In this document: positions 19,513 to 29,220 of the stretch, in pieces
How the letters are laid out: each line of letters begins with the position of its first letter
How positions within the stretch are numbered: position 1 is the stretch's first letter
Assembly: GCA_947498025.1 (NCBI GenBank)
Contig: CANMJR010000004.1
Location: 16,708-80,707 of the forward strand
Length of the DNA stretch: 64,000 bases
Source of the DNA: Helicobacteraceae bacterium
GTDB lineage: Bacteria > Campylobacterota > Campylobacteria > Campylobacterales > Sulfurimonadaceae
Direction: 5' to 3'
Made by a program: the position numbers and the translations under genes
The notes under the pieces: model-generated
Told to the model about the DNA's origin: nothing
Database searches by the model: none
Seen by the model: only the letters and a program-made list of their open reading frames with translations

Positions 19513-20002
19513 GCTTATAGCGCTGAGCGAGTTTTTTGTTCTACTCTCCTCTTTTATCTCTTTTGGTTTTTATATGAACCTTCAAATTGCCTATTTGAGT
19601 AGTCTCTTTATTATTTTGGGCGCATCCTTTGCTTATAAAAAAATGGTAAATGCACAAGTTGAAGCGGATATTATAAAAGAAGAGAGAGATTTTTTGGATG
19701 AGCTAGAAGACCCACATGGGCTTTATGACGATGAACCTATAAATGAAGCACCTGCAGAGGAGCTTGATCTTAAAACTATAGTTCAAGAAGAGAAAAAAAA
19801 GATAAAAATAGTGAATTTTAAAGATATGAAAAATGGCTCAAAAGCAGGGTTTTCACTCTTTAGACTCATTCCCTACCTCTTTTTAGTTTTAGGATTTATC
19901 GCACTTAAAAACAATGAGCTTTTAGATATAACTGTTTATCTTCCATCGTTGTTAGTTGGGATTATTGTAGGCTATTTGAGTTCTAAAGAGATTTTTGCTT
20001 AA
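19493..20002 (+). CDS. Conserved integral membrane protein
   Basis: Likely ATG 19493 (MVKRAIKL), four TM helices with acidic loop. Confidence 0.7.
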   Translation: MVKRAIKLIALSEFFVLLSSFISFGFYMNLQIAYLSSLFIILGASFAYKKMVNAQVEADIIKEERDFLDELEDPHGLYDDEPINEAPAEELDLKTIVQEEKKKIKIVNFKDMKNGSKAGFSLFRLIPYLFLVLGFIALKNNELLDITVYLPSLLVGIIVGYLSSKEIFA

Positions 20003-20017
20003 AAGTGCATAAAACAC

Positions 20018-20120
20018 CTTGTAACTCTCGAAAAATAAAGTTTTTCGTAGCTTTAGGGGGTTGTAGGGACTTTAGTCCCTGCCACTAAAACGGACTTGTT
20101 CGTTTTAGTGCGTAACATCA
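20018..20120 (-). repeat. Structured interspersed repeat copy 2 (one terminal repeat only)
   Basis: Reverse complement aligns to 7636-7740 with about 7 differences; lies between convergent genes. Confidence 0.9.
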
Positions 20121-20128
20121 AATTTCGC

Positions 20129-20812
20129 TTAAGCTGTAATCATTGGAATATTTATTGTTATTTTGCTCTGTATGTCTATATAAAAGTTACTGTTTGAGAC
20201 TAAAGTTTGCAATTCATTGGCTTTTTTTTCATCTAAAATAGCACCACTAACTTCAATAGAAAAAATACTGTACTTCTTATCTTCAAATTTTATATGTTCA
20301 CCGACTCTGTAGTATATTTTCGTGTTGATTTCGCTGCTCTCTTTAAAACATGCATATATTTTACTTAATATTTTTATGAAACTATTTGAATTTATTACTA
20401 TTTCCGGGATAGTCGGGTCAAATTCTTTGCCAAATTTAATTTTTGAGCCTATGGAGTTTGTAGATATACATAAATCAACAAGTGTATAGATATTTGTAAG
20501 TTCACCCGCGGGTTTTGGATTTTTAAGCTTGAATGCCGGTGCTTGATAGAGTTTGATGCCTATCTGCTCATCATCCTCATATCCAACTGTGATACCAAAA
20601 AATTTATATCTTCCAAATTCAAGCTCTAAAAATGTAGTTTTAAAACCAAAGGATACGCTCGAATAAGTTGTGGCAAGTTCAAATAGTTCAGAAGTTGAAA
20701 CACTTCCAAGTAAGAATTGAGCCTCTGTATTGAGTGAGATAATCTTTGCATTTGAGCTAAAGAGTATAAAGGGATTATAATCATACTCTAGCCACTGCTG
20801 TTCAAAAGTCAT
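20129..20812 (-). CDS. Conserved hypothetical protein (PAS-like N-terminus, degenerate kinase-like C-terminus)
   Basis: Follows rpoD; EYDYNPFILF...LNTEAQFLL PAS-like start; no H-box recognised. Confidence 0.65.
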   Translation of the reverse strand: MTFEQQWLEYDYNPFILFSSNAKIISLNTEAQFLLGSVSTSELFELATTYSSVSFGFKTTFLELEFGRYKFFGITVGYEDDEQIGIKLYQAPAFKLKNPKPAGELTNIYTLVDLCISTNSIGSKIKFGKEFDPTIPEIVINSNSFIKILSKIYACFKESSEINTKIYYRVGEHIKFEDKKYSIFSIEVSGAILDEKKANELQTLVSNSNFYIDIQSKITINIPMITA

Positions 20813-20825
20813 AGGGATTTGCTTC

Positions 20826-22685
20826 TTATTCTTCTATATAGTTTTTAAGTTTTCGCCCAACTTTAGGGTGTTTAAGCTTTTTAATAGCGCTTGATTCGAT
20901 TTGACGAACTCTCTCCCTTGTTACATTCAACTCTTTACCGATTTCTTCTAATGTTCTGTCAGATTCATCATCCATAATTCCAAAACGAAGTTTGATAACG
21001 GCTCTTTCTCTCTCATTTAATTGCTCTAAAACATGTTCAATTTGTACTCTTAAATCATCTTTGAGTACAGCGTCGGATGGTGAAAGAGATGATTTATCTT
21101 CGATAAAATCTCCAAATCTTCCATCCTCTTCGCTCCCGATAGGCGCTTCAAGAGAGATTGGCTCTTTTGTAATTTTGATAACATTTTTAACTTTTTCAAC
21201 AGATAAGCCAACCTCTTCTGCGATTGTTTCAACATCCGGCTCTTTTCCATGTTCTTGAAGGTGTTTACGCATAATTTTGTTGATACGGTTGATAGTTTCT
21301 ATCATGTGAATCGGAATACGGATAGTTCTTGCTTGATCTGCAATAGCACGAGAAATTGCCTGACGAATCCACCATGTAGCATAAGTAGAGAACTTATATC
21401 CTTTTTGGTACTCAAACTTGTCAACCGCTTTCATAAGACCGATATTTCCCTCTTGAATTAAATCTAAGAAAGGCAATCCGCGGTTTGTATATCTTTTTGC
21501 GATTGAAACAACAAGTCTAAGATTTGATTTTGCCATTTTTGTTTTAGAGATTTCGGAGATATTTTTACCTCTTTTAATCTGCTCTAAAATATCTGCAAGT
21601 TTTTCAGGTTCCATGTCAAAACTGTTTTTTGAAGCCTCTTTCGTTTGAACAAGCTTTTTAATCTCCATATAGGTACTTACCATTGTAGCCTCAGGCACCA
21701 TGCTTGCAATATCTTCTTTGTTTAAATCACAAATCTTTTCTACTAAAATTTTATGATTTGCTTTGAGTGTTGTGTTGAAAAGTGGAAGTTTATACTCCAA
21801 TCTTCTTAGCTCTTTATCATAACCCTCATCCGTTCGTAGTGCTGTCTCCATAGCGCGAACAAGCTCATTAATAAGTTTTGAAGTTGGCCCTAAATCTAGG
21901 AGCTTTTCTTTAAGAATAGATTTTTTAAAAGTAACATTTAAAAAGTAGTTTACAATATCTTCTGTAAGTTCAACTTCTAAATATTCTGGAGCTTTCTCTT
22001 CAAGTTTAATCCACTCTTTCTTAGCTTTTTCGAGTGCTTTAAAGCTTGTAGTTACTTTTTCAACTCTACTCTTATCTTCAACCGGAGGGCGATCTTCTGT
22101 CTCTTCATCACTGTCGTCATCTTTTTCTTCTGCATCATCTTTTTCATCTTCGAAGCTTTTAAATAGCTCTTTGACTCTTCTTTCACGGTTAATTAAAGGC
22201 TCTTTGTAGTCTAAAATAAACTCTATTAAGTAGGGAACAGAACAGATAGCATCAATAATAATACTTTCTCCTCCCTCTATTTTTTTAGATATCTCTATCT
22301 CTTCATCTTTTGTTAAAAGAGGAATCTGCCCCATTTCACGGAGGTACATACGAACAGGTGAATCAGAGCGAGACCACTCAAGAAGCTCATGCTCTTTTAA
22401 TATGTCAAATTTATCTGTGTCATTATTTTGAAGCATCTTTCTTTGAGCATCTTTTCTTGCATCTGCTTCTTTGTCATTTAGTTTTTTTGCATGCTCTGAA
22501 GAGGTGTAAAGACAAGTTTTGTTTTTTTGAGCAAGTTTAAAAATATTTTTTGCTTGTGCCGCTGTCGGCTGTTTATCAAAAAGGTCTATTAATGATTCGT
22601 AAGTTAAACAATCTTTCGCTTTTACATTTGTAAAGAGTGTTTCTATGGCTTTGTTGAGATCTTTTACTGTTACTTTTGCACTCAT
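20826..22685 (-). CDS. rpoD: RNA polymerase primary sigma factor
   Basis: [43 protein letters not shown]. Confidence 0.98.
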   Translation of the reverse strand: MSAKVTVKDLNKAIETLFTNVKAKDCLTYESLIDLFDKQPTAAQAKNIFKLAQKNKTCLYTSSEHAKKLNDKEADARKDAQRKMLQNNDTDKFDILKEHELLEWSRSDSPVRMYLREMGQIPLLTKDEEIEISKKIEGGESIIIDAICSVPYLIEFILDYKEPLINRERRVKELFKSFEDEKDDAEEKDDDSDEETEDRPPVEDKSRVEKVTTSFKALEKAKKEWIKLEEKAPEYLEVELTEDIVNYFLNVTFKKSILKEKLLDLGPTSKLINELVRAMETALRTDEGYDKELRRLEYKLPLFNTTLKANHKILVEKICDLNKEDIASMVPEATMVSTYMEIKKLVQTKEASKNSFDMEPEKLADILEQIKRGKNISEISKTKMAKSNLRLVVSIAKRYTNRGLPFLDLIQEGNIGLMKAVDKFEYQKGYKFSTYATWWIRQAISRAIADQARTIRIPIHMIETINRINKIMRKHLQEHGKEPDVETIAEEVGLSVEKVKNVIKITKEPISLEAPIGSEEDGRFGDFIEDKSSLSPSDAVLKDDLRVQIEHVLEQLNERERAVIKLRFGIMDDESDRTLEEIGKELNVTRERVRQIESSAIKKLKHPKVGRKLKNYIEE

Positions 22686-22794
22686 TTTTAGGCAAGCTCC
22701 GTCGTTTTAAGAATTTTAAAAGAGTGGATTATACCCAATTTTTCTTAGAGGTTGCTTTTTTAGAAAAAAAAATTGTTTTTTTGTATTCTGAATT

Positions 22795-22810
22795 TGGAAC
22801 AACATTTGCT
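22795..22810 (+). promoter_or_regulatory. Sigma-54 (-24/-12) promoter for flgF-flgG
   Basis: TGGAACAACATTTGCT has GG and GC at exact consensus spacing, 33 bp upstream of the flgF ATG. Confidence 0.85.
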
Positions 22811-22843
22811 AGTTACTTAAAAATATTTGTAAAAAGGGCTTGT

Positions 22844-23665
22844 ATGCAAACAGGTTATTATGCTTCAGCTGCCGGTATGGTTGCTCAGTTTAATCGTTTA
22901 GATACCATCTCTAATAATCTTGCCAATGTTAACACGGCTGGATTTAAAGAAGATAATTTAGTAGTAGGCGATTTTATGCGTCTCTATAAAGAAGCAAGAG
23001 ATGAACTGCCTATCGAGAATCAGACAAAAGAGGGAGCACAGTTTTTAAACAGAGCTATGACGAAATCTCCCCAGATAGTTGATTCTTATACTGATTTCTC
23101 TGTCGGTTCTATGCAAAAAACAGACAATACTTTGGATTTTGCTCTCTCAAAAGATGACATGTTTTTTGCTGTAAAAACTCCACAGGGTGTGAGACTTACG
23201 AGAGATGGTTCATTTTCAATGAACGACGAAGGTAAGCTTGTAACGAAGCAGGGCTATGAAGTTCTGCCGGCTGATTATTATCAGGGTGGAAACAGTATCT
23301 CTTTAGGGACGCAAAATAGCACGGTTAATGTAGATAAAGATGGTCAGATAAGCACAAACAGTTCAAATGCTCTCACCTTTACCCCTTCTTCTAAACTCAT
23401 GATTGTACAGCCGGACAACAAATCACTGCTAAAAAAAGAGGGTGACAACCTTTTTGCATATGGAGATAGCGCAGAGTTTGTAGGTTTAGAAAATAGCGGT
23501 GCAGTGACACAGGGTTTTATAGAAAAAAGTAATGTGAATGCCGTAAAAATGATGACGCAGATGATAGAAACGAATCGTTTGGTTGGAATGTACCAAAAAG
23601 CCATGAGTGCTCAGATGGATGATATGAATACTGAAGCAATTACAAAAATTGCTAGAAAATCTTAA
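22844..23665 (+). CDS. flgF: Flagellar basal-body rod protein FlgF (FlgG-like)
   Basis: ISNNLANVNTAGFK, TRDGSF, EKSNVN; true start ATG 22844. Confidence 0.88.
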   Translation: MQTGYYASAAGMVAQFNRLDTISNNLANVNTAGFKEDNLVVGDFMRLYKEARDELPIENQTKEGAQFLNRAMTKSPQIVDSYTDFSVGSMQKTDNTLDFALSKDDMFFAVKTPQGVRLTRDGSFSMNDEGKLVTKQGYEVLPADYYQGGNSISLGTQNSTVNVDKDGQISTNSSNALTFTPSSKLMIVQPDNKSLLKKEGDNLFAYGDSAEFVGLENSGAVTQGFIEKSNVNAVKMMTQMIETNRLVGMYQKAMSAQMDDMNTEAITKIARKS

Positions 23666-23679
23666 TTAAGGACTAAATT

Positions 23680-24468
23680 ATGATGCAATCACTTTATACC
23701 GCCTCAACAGGAATGTTAGGGATGCAGACACAGATAGATACTACGGCCAATAATATTGCCAACGTCAACACAATAGGTTTTAAAAAATCTCGTGCCGAGT
23801 TTGCAGACCTTATGTACCATGTAATGGAATACGCTGGAACATCAACAAGTGATGCAACAAAAAGCCCGACAGGGATAGAAGTCGGTCTTGGTGTTAGACC
23901 GACAGCGATTAATAAGATTTTTTCAGAGGGAAGTTTAAAACAGACGGATAATCAACTCGACTTAGCTATCACCGGCGGCGGTTTTTTTAAGATGGCACTT
24001 CCTGATGGAACTGAAGTTTACTCAAGAAACGGTGCATTTAAAGTTGACAGTAATGGAACGGTTGTAAATAGTGACGGTTATACGCTTACTCCTGAAGTTG
24101 TTATTCCTCCTGATGCTACGAGCGTAAGCATCGGTATGGATGGCACAGTCTCGGTTGTGCAACCGGGTCAAACAGGGGCAACACAAATAGGACAAATAAC
24201 TACAACAAGTTTTATCAATCCCGCAGGTCTTCATGCTATGGGAGACAACTTATATCTACCGACGGATAGTTCCGGTCAACCGGTAGAGGGAACGCCGGGT
24301 CTTAGTGGACTTGGAGTGTTAAAGCAAGGTTTCGTTGAACTTAGTAATGTCGAGCTTGTTGTTGAGCTGACAGACCTGATTACAGGACAAAGAGCTTATG
24401 ATTCTAACTCAAAAGTAATCACAACAAGTGATGAAATGCTGCAAACTACGAATAGTCTCAAACGATAA
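23680..24468 (+). CDS. flgG: Flagellar basal-body rod protein FlgG
   Basis: ANNIANVNTIGFKKSRAEF, QGFVELSNV, QRAYDSNSK. Confidence 0.96.
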   Translation: MMQSLYTASTGMLGMQTQIDTTANNIANVNTIGFKKSRAEFADLMYHVMEYAGTSTSDATKSPTGIEVGLGVRPTAINKIFSEGSLKQTDNQLDLAITGGGFFKMALPDGTEVYSRNGAFKVDSNGTVVNSDGYTLTPEVVIPPDATSVSIGMDGTVSVVQPGQTGATQIGQITTTSFINPAGLHAMGDNLYLPTDSSGQPVEGTPGLSGLGVLKQGFVELSNVELVVELTDLITGQRAYDSNSKVITTSDEMLQTTNSLKR

Positions 24469-24615
24469 TAACACCTTCAAAATAGCCTAATACGATATTT
24501 ATCTTAGGCTGTTCCTTCTACTCTTTCCAAATGCTGAGTGCAGTTTTATAAAAATACAATCTCAATTTAGATACAATCGCAAACTTAATTTAGAAAAAAC
24601 AGTTAGGATTTTTAT

Positions 24616-25119
24616 ATGCAAAAAGCAAATATTGATGGAAAAGTTTGGAAATTTGGTAAGGACATTGACACGGATTTAATTATAGCAGCACGCTATTTGA
24701 ACACATCTGTGCCGGAAGAGCTGGCGAAGCATGTTATGGAAGATGCCGACCCTGAGTTTGTGAACAAAATGAGTAAGGGTGACATTATAGTTGCCGGTGA
24801 CAATTTTGGTTGCGGAAGTTCTCGTGAGCACGCTCCTATTGCACTTAAAGCTGCGGGCGTTGCTGCTATTATTGCTCCAACTTTTGCTAGAATTTTTTAT
24901 CGAAATGCCTTTAACATGGGACTTCCAATCTTCGAACTGGAAGAGAGCAGTGAGATAAAAGAGGGTGATGAAGTGAGTGTGGACATGAATGCAGGAACTA
25001 TCACAAATAAGAGTACAGGCAAAACGTACAACTTCACTCCGATCCCGGAGTTTATGCAAGAGCTTATAGATGCCGGCGGTCTTATGAACTTCGCACAAAA
25101 TGAAATAAATAAAAAATAA
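24616..25119 (+). CDS. leuD: 3-isopropylmalate dehydratase small subunit
   Basis: [28 protein letters not shown]. Confidence 0.95.
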   Translation: MQKANIDGKVWKFGKDIDTDLIIAARYLNTSVPEELAKHVMEDADPEFVNKMSKGDIIVAGDNFGCGSSREHAPIALKAAGVAAIIAPTFARIFYRNAFNMGLPIFELEESSEIKEGDEVSVDMNAGTITNKSTGKTYNFTPIPEFMQELIDAGGLMNFAQNEINKK

Positions 25120-25142
25120 TTACTTTTGGAGACTAAATAATA

Positions 25143-26219
25143 ATGAAAACATATAAAATTGCACTGATTAAAGGTGATGGAATCGGTCCGGAAATTATAG
25201 ATGAAGCTGTGAAAGTTTTAGACTCGGTTGCCTCATGTTACGATTTTGATTTCTCTTATGAAGAGGCTTTGATGGGGGGATGTGCCTATGATATTACGGG
25301 CGACCCGCTTCCTCAAGAGACTATAAATATTTCACTAAACAGTGATGCGGTTCTTTTTGGAGCAATCGGCGGAACAAAATGGGATAATTTGCCTCGTGAA
25401 AAACGCCCAGAAAGCGGACTTTTGAGATTTAGAAAAGAGCTCGGCGTTTATGCAAACCTTCGTCCGGCTGTTGTGTATGATGAGCTGGTAAATGCTTCAT
25501 CGCTCAAACCGGAGATTGTTCGTGGTGTTGATTTAATGGTTGTCCGTGAACTTATCGGCGGAATCTATTTTGGTGAGCCTAAAGGGCGTGATGAAAATAG
25601 AGGCTGGAATACCATGGTTTATACCCGTCCAGAGATAGAAAGAATTGCGCATCAAGCCTTCAAAATAGCGATGACAAGAAGTAAAAGAGTCTGTTCTATA
25701 GACAAAGCAAATGTTTTGGATGTTTCTCAACTTTGGAGAGATGTGGTAACGGAGGTAGCAAAAGAGTACCCAGAGGTTGAGCTTTCTCACATGTATGTGG
25801 ATAACGCTGCCATGCAACTCATTCGCGACCCTAAACAGTTTGATGTAATGCTTACGGGAAATATTTTTGGAGATATTTTGAGCGATGAGGCAAGTATGTT
25901 GTCGGGTTCAATCGGTTTGCTTCCATCGGCCTCTGTCGGAGCTAAAATCGGTGTTTATGAGCCTATTCACGGTTCAGCACCGGATATCGCCGGACAAGGT
26001 ATAGCAAACCCGATTGCTACAATAGCATCGGCTTCCATGATGCTTAGATATGCACTCGGTGAAATTTCTGCTGCAGATAAAATTGATGAAGCTATAAAAA
26101 GAGCATTAAGTGAAGGGTATAGAACAAGAGATTTGGCACAGTTTGATGCTAAAGAGGTCTGTTCAACAAGCGAGATGGGCTCTATTATCGCTAATTATGT
26201 TGCAAAATGCAAACACTAA
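25143..26219 (+). CDS. leuB: 3-isopropylmalate dehydrogenase
   Basis: [32 protein letters not shown]. Confidence 0.97.
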   Translation: MKTYKIALIKGDGIGPEIIDEAVKVLDSVASCYDFDFSYEEALMGGCAYDITGDPLPQETINISLNSDAVLFGAIGGTKWDNLPREKRPESGLLRFRKELGVYANLRPAVVYDELVNASSLKPEIVRGVDLMVVRELIGGIYFGEPKGRDENRGWNTMVYTRPEIERIAHQAFKIAMTRSKRVCSIDKANVLDVSQLWRDVVTEVAKEYPEVELSHMYVDNAAMQLIRDPKQFDVMLTGNIFGDILSDEASMLSGSIGLLPSASVGAKIGVYEPIHGSAPDIAGQGIANPIATIASASMMLRYALGEISAADKIDEAIKRALSEGYRTRDLAQFDAKEVCSTSEMGSIIANYVAKCKH

Positions 26220-26455
26220 CACTCGCAAATATCTATGAACTGCAAGGACTCAAAGAGGAGGCCTTGGACATCTATAAAGGGGTTCTAAAAAAAGACCCCT
26301 CAAATAGTGATGCAAAAATTGCAATACGAAGACTCTCTGGCATGAGAAAAAAATTCTTAAATGTAAATACTCAAATGAAAGCCTTCTTCCTAAAAATGGA
26401 TACCGATGTTGAATTTAACGAATTTGAAAGGTGGTTACTAAAGTCATGGAACTAA
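26207..26455 (+). CDS. Small TPR-like protein
   Basis: [10 protein letters not shown]...ALDIY TPR-like helix pair; overlaps both neighbours. Confidence 0.7.
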   Translation: MQTLTLANIYELQGLKEEALDIYKGVLKKDPSNSDAKIAIRRLSGMRKKFLNVNTQMKAFFLKMDTDVEFNEFERWLLKSWN

Positions 26456-26832
26456 AAGATGTAATACTCTCAACCCTTGCAGAGATGGAAGATAATGAAG
26501 TTGCCAGAAAAGCTCTTGAAATTTCCGAATATGAAATAAAAGAGATGGTGAGACCTAATCTCAACAATATAAATGCAATCATAAAACAAGAGACAGAAAT
26601 AGAGATAGAAGTTCAGGCAGAAACTAGAGGCTCAACGCCTGAGAGTGAGCTTATGTATCTCAACTCTATAAGAGAGAGACTTCTAGTGTTATTTGAAGGG
26701 TTTCAAGCACCAAACAACACAAATATAGAAGCCAAAGTGGATATGACACTCAACTTTTTAGAGTATGTTTTGGCAACAATAGATAATAGAGTTGAGAATT
26801 TAAAAAGAGGACAAAGCAATGAGTCAATATAG
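26431..26832 (+). CDS. CiaD-like domain protein
   Basis: IRERLLVLFEGFQAPN...KVDMTLNFLEY; position before purU recalled from Campylobacterota. Confidence 0.65.
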   Translation: MVTKVMELKDVILSTLAEMEDNEVARKALEISEYEIKEMVRPNLNNINAIIKQETEIEIEVQAETRGSTPESELMYLNSIRERLLVLFEGFQAPNNTNIEAKVDMTLNFLEYVLATIDNRVENLKRGQSNESI

Positions 26833-27655
26833 AGTGTTGATAGATGCCTATGATGAGAAGGGATTAGTGAATAAAGTTTCCGGTGTTTTTTACAGCTATG
26901 ACTTAAATATCATGTCAAACAGTGAATTTGTTGACCAAGAGAATAATAAATTTTTTATGAGAAGCGTTGTGGATGGGGATGTTAATTTAGAGGAGTTGAA
27001 AAAATCTCTGACTGATATTTTACCGAGTAACACAGGGATAGAAGTAATAGAACCTAAAAAGAAAAATATTATTATAATGGCAACGAAAGAGATGCATGCT
27101 CTTGGGGATATTCTAATCCGCCATGAAGCTGGTGAGTTAGAAGCAAATATATTAGCTGTTGTTTCAAATTACAATGATTTGGAATCTTTAGTTCAAAAAT
27201 TTGATATTCCATTTATTACAATCTCACATGAGGGATTAGACCGCTCAACGCATGAAAATAAAATTATTGAGTGCATTAATGGTTTTAAAGATGTAAATTA
27301 TATAGTTTTGGCTAAATATATGAGAATTCTAACCCCTCGATTTGTGGAGACGTATGAAGATAAAATCATAAATATTCACCACTCATTTTTACCTGCTTTT
27401 ATAGGTGCAAATCCGTACAAACAGGCGTATGACAGAGGTGTTAAAATTATAGGTGCCACTGCCCACTTCGTAAATAATAATCTTGATGAAGGACCAATTA
27501 TTGCTCAAGAAGTTATACATGTTGACCATGCCTATGGATGGAGAGATATGCAGAGAAAGGGCAAAGATGTAGAAAAAATTGTACTCTCTCGTGCACTTAA
27601 ACTAGCCCTCGAAGATAGAATTTTTGTTTATGCAAATAAAACAGTTATATTTTAG
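26819..27655 (+). CDS. purU: Formyltetrahydrofolate deformylase
   Basis: ACT domain plus INIHHSFLPAF, GATAHFV, LDEGPII. Confidence 0.96.
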   Translation: MSQYRVLIDAYDEKGLVNKVSGVFYSYDLNIMSNSEFVDQENNKFFMRSVVDGDVNLEELKKSLTDILPSNTGIEVIEPKKKNIIIMATKEMHALGDILIRHEAGELEANILAVVSNYNDLESLVQKFDIPFITISHEGLDRSTHENKIIECINGFKDVNYIVLAKYMRILTPRFVETYEDKIINIHHSFLPAFIGANPYKQAYDRGVKIIGATAHFVNNNLDEGPIIAQEVIHVDHAYGWRDMQRKGKDVEKIVLSRALKLALEDRIFVYANKTVIF

Positions 27656-27714
27656 GATTCCTTAGTGCATTTGTGCAATAATCATTTTAAAAAATATATA
27701 CCGCTGGAGTTCAT

Positions 27715-28185
27715 TTGTTTAACATAGTTTTAGTAAACCCTCAAATTCCAAATAACACAGGTGCGATTGGCAGACTCTGCGTAAATGCGGGAGCTGCTCT
27801 TCATCTTATCAAGCCGATAGGTTTTGACATAGATGAGAAAGCTGTAAGACGTGCGGGGCTTGATTATTGGCATAAACTGGATTTACATGTTTGGGAGAGC
27901 ATAGAGGAATTTTTTGAACAAAACGAGATAACAAACAATGCCTATTTTGCTACGACTAAAACAGATAGACCCTACTTTGAAGCGGAGTTTAAAAGTGGTG
28001 ACTATATATTCTTTGGCAGTGAAACTGCCGGAATTCCTGAAGATATACTGAATAGATACAAAGAGCAAAATATTACAATTCCTATGACAAAAGAGGGCAG
28101 AAGCCTTAACTTAGCGATAAGTGCAGGTATTGTTCTTTATGACGCAATTAGGCAAAACTATATGACTTTCAAGGAAAATGAATGA
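27715..28185 (+). CDS. trmL: tRNA (cytidine34-2'-O)-methyltransferase
   Basis: PQIPNNTGAIGR, RRAGLDYW, FGSETAG, RSLNL. Confidence 0.93.
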   Translation: MFNIVLVNPQIPNNTGAIGRLCVNAGAALHLIKPIGFDIDEKAVRRAGLDYWHKLDLHVWESIEEFFEQNEITNNAYFATTKTDRPYFEAEFKSGDYIFFGSETAGIPEDILNRYKEQNITIPMTKEGRSLNLAISAGIVLYDAIRQNYMTFKENE

Positions 28186-28322
28186 ATCCAATTATAGACA
28201 ATATTATGATGTTTTTGTTTGTCCTATTTCTATTTTGGGTATTTATGGGCTATCATAAAACAAAAACAGAAAATAGAGAAAAAGAACAAGAAAAAAAAGC
28301 TAAAGAAAATTTGGACAAATAG
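28182..28322 (+). CDS. 46-aa single-TM protein (not in ORF track)
   Basis: MNPIIDNIMMFLFVLFLFWVFMGYHKTKTENREKEQEKKAKENLDK; ATGA overlap with trmL stop, RBS AAGGA. Confidence 0.7.
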   Translation: MNPIIDNIMMFLFVLFLFWVFMGYHKTKTENREKEQEKKAKENLDK

Positions 28323-28326
28323 CTTT

Positions 28327-28410
28327 TTAGAAAAGTTTTTTTGCCCAAATTTCTATGCTGTTTTCAAATCTCTCCAGTAAACTCTCCGCACTTTTAATTA
28401 TCAATATCAT
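28327..28410 (-). CDS. 27-aa small ORF divergent from the S24 regulator
   Basis: AAGGAG 5 nt before ATG; MILIIKSAESLLERFENSIEIWAKKLF. Confidence 0.5.
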   Translation of the reverse strand: MILIIKSAESLLERFENSIEIWAKKLF

Positions 28411-28480
28411 CTCATCTCCTTCAGTTAATTTGAGAAAGTTTATACTATTTTGTAATACTTTTCCAAAAATATTGCAATTT

Positions 28481-28521
28481 GTCAATAAAATATTGACTTA
28501 GAAAGTAAATAGTATTATAAT
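28481..28521 (+). promoter_or_regulatory. Sigma-70 promoter with overlapping palindromic operator
   Basis: TTGACT (28493-98), 17 bp, TATAAT (28516-21); GTCAATA-aaa-TATTGAC inverted repeat at 28481-28497 covers the -35. Confidence 0.75.
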
Positions 28522-28548
28522 CTTACAAAATGCAATGGAGATATTGTT

Positions 28549-29208
28549 ATGAATAATTTTATAGAAATAGTTGAAGAGATAAAAAGCATAGTGTCTAATG
28601 AGTATAGTGGTAAAAAGATATTTGACAAAGATGTGGCAGATATTTTGGGTATAACACAGATGAACTTTGCAACAATGAAAAAAAGAAATAAGATTCCATT
28701 TGGAGAGCTTTTAGACTTTTGCGCTACAAGAAATATATCTATAAATTGGATGTTATATGGGCAATCACCGGAGAGTCTTATTGAGGCTACAAATAAGTTT
28801 TACATAGTTAAATATTTTAATGATATTCATGCAAGTGCCGGTGGTGGAAGTGAGAATGAGTGTGAAGAGATCAAAGAATTAGAAATACCGGAGCAGTTTG
28901 TTTTTATGCTTGGTGGAGAAAAAGAGCTAAAAAACATAGAGGCAATTAATGTTTCAGGTGATTCTATGGAGCCTACCTTCAGTTATAATGATATTGTTTT
29001 TATAAATAGAGCAAAAACTGACCTACAAAGAGGCGGTATATTTACAATCAAAACAGAGGCAGGACTATTCATAAAACGGGTACAGAAGAGGATAGACGGA
29101 AAAATTGATATAATATCTGACAATAAAGTTTACTCTACACAGACCCTCAATCCTGAGGAGATAGAAGTTATAGGCAGGGTAGTAAGCAGATTTGGTGATG
29201 TTGACTAA
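28549..29208 (+). CDS. CI/LexA-like transcriptional regulator with S24 autopeptidase domain
   Basis: N-terminal HTH (DVADILGI...SINWMLYG), ASAGGG cleavage region, VSGDSMEPT Ser, IKRV Lys. Confidence 0.88.
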   Translation: MNNFIEIVEEIKSIVSNEYSGKKIFDKDVADILGITQMNFATMKKRNKIPFGELLDFCATRNISINWMLYGQSPESLIEATNKFYIVKYFNDIHASAGGGSENECEEIKELEIPEQFVFMLGGEKELKNIEAINVSGDSMEPTFSYNDIVFINRAKTDLQRGGIFTIKTEAGLFIKRVQKRIDGKIDIISDNKVYSTQTLNPEEIEVIGRVVSRFGDVD

Positions 29209-29220
29209 AAAGGTTTTGAT

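Noticed and set aside
22676-22843. 56-aa N-terminal extension of FlgF given in the ORF track
   Set aside because: It overlaps the rpoD start and contains the sigma-54 promoter; homology begins at ATG 22844.
26431-26832. Absence of cca between the CiaD-like gene and purU compared with Campylobacter order
   Set aside because: Based only on recalled synteny; the genes here overlap cleanly with no remnant, so ordinary rearrangement suffices.
28549-29208. Prophage around the CI-like gene
   Set aside because: Flanked by trmL and an NlpC/P60 lipoprotein; no integrase, structural or replication genes.
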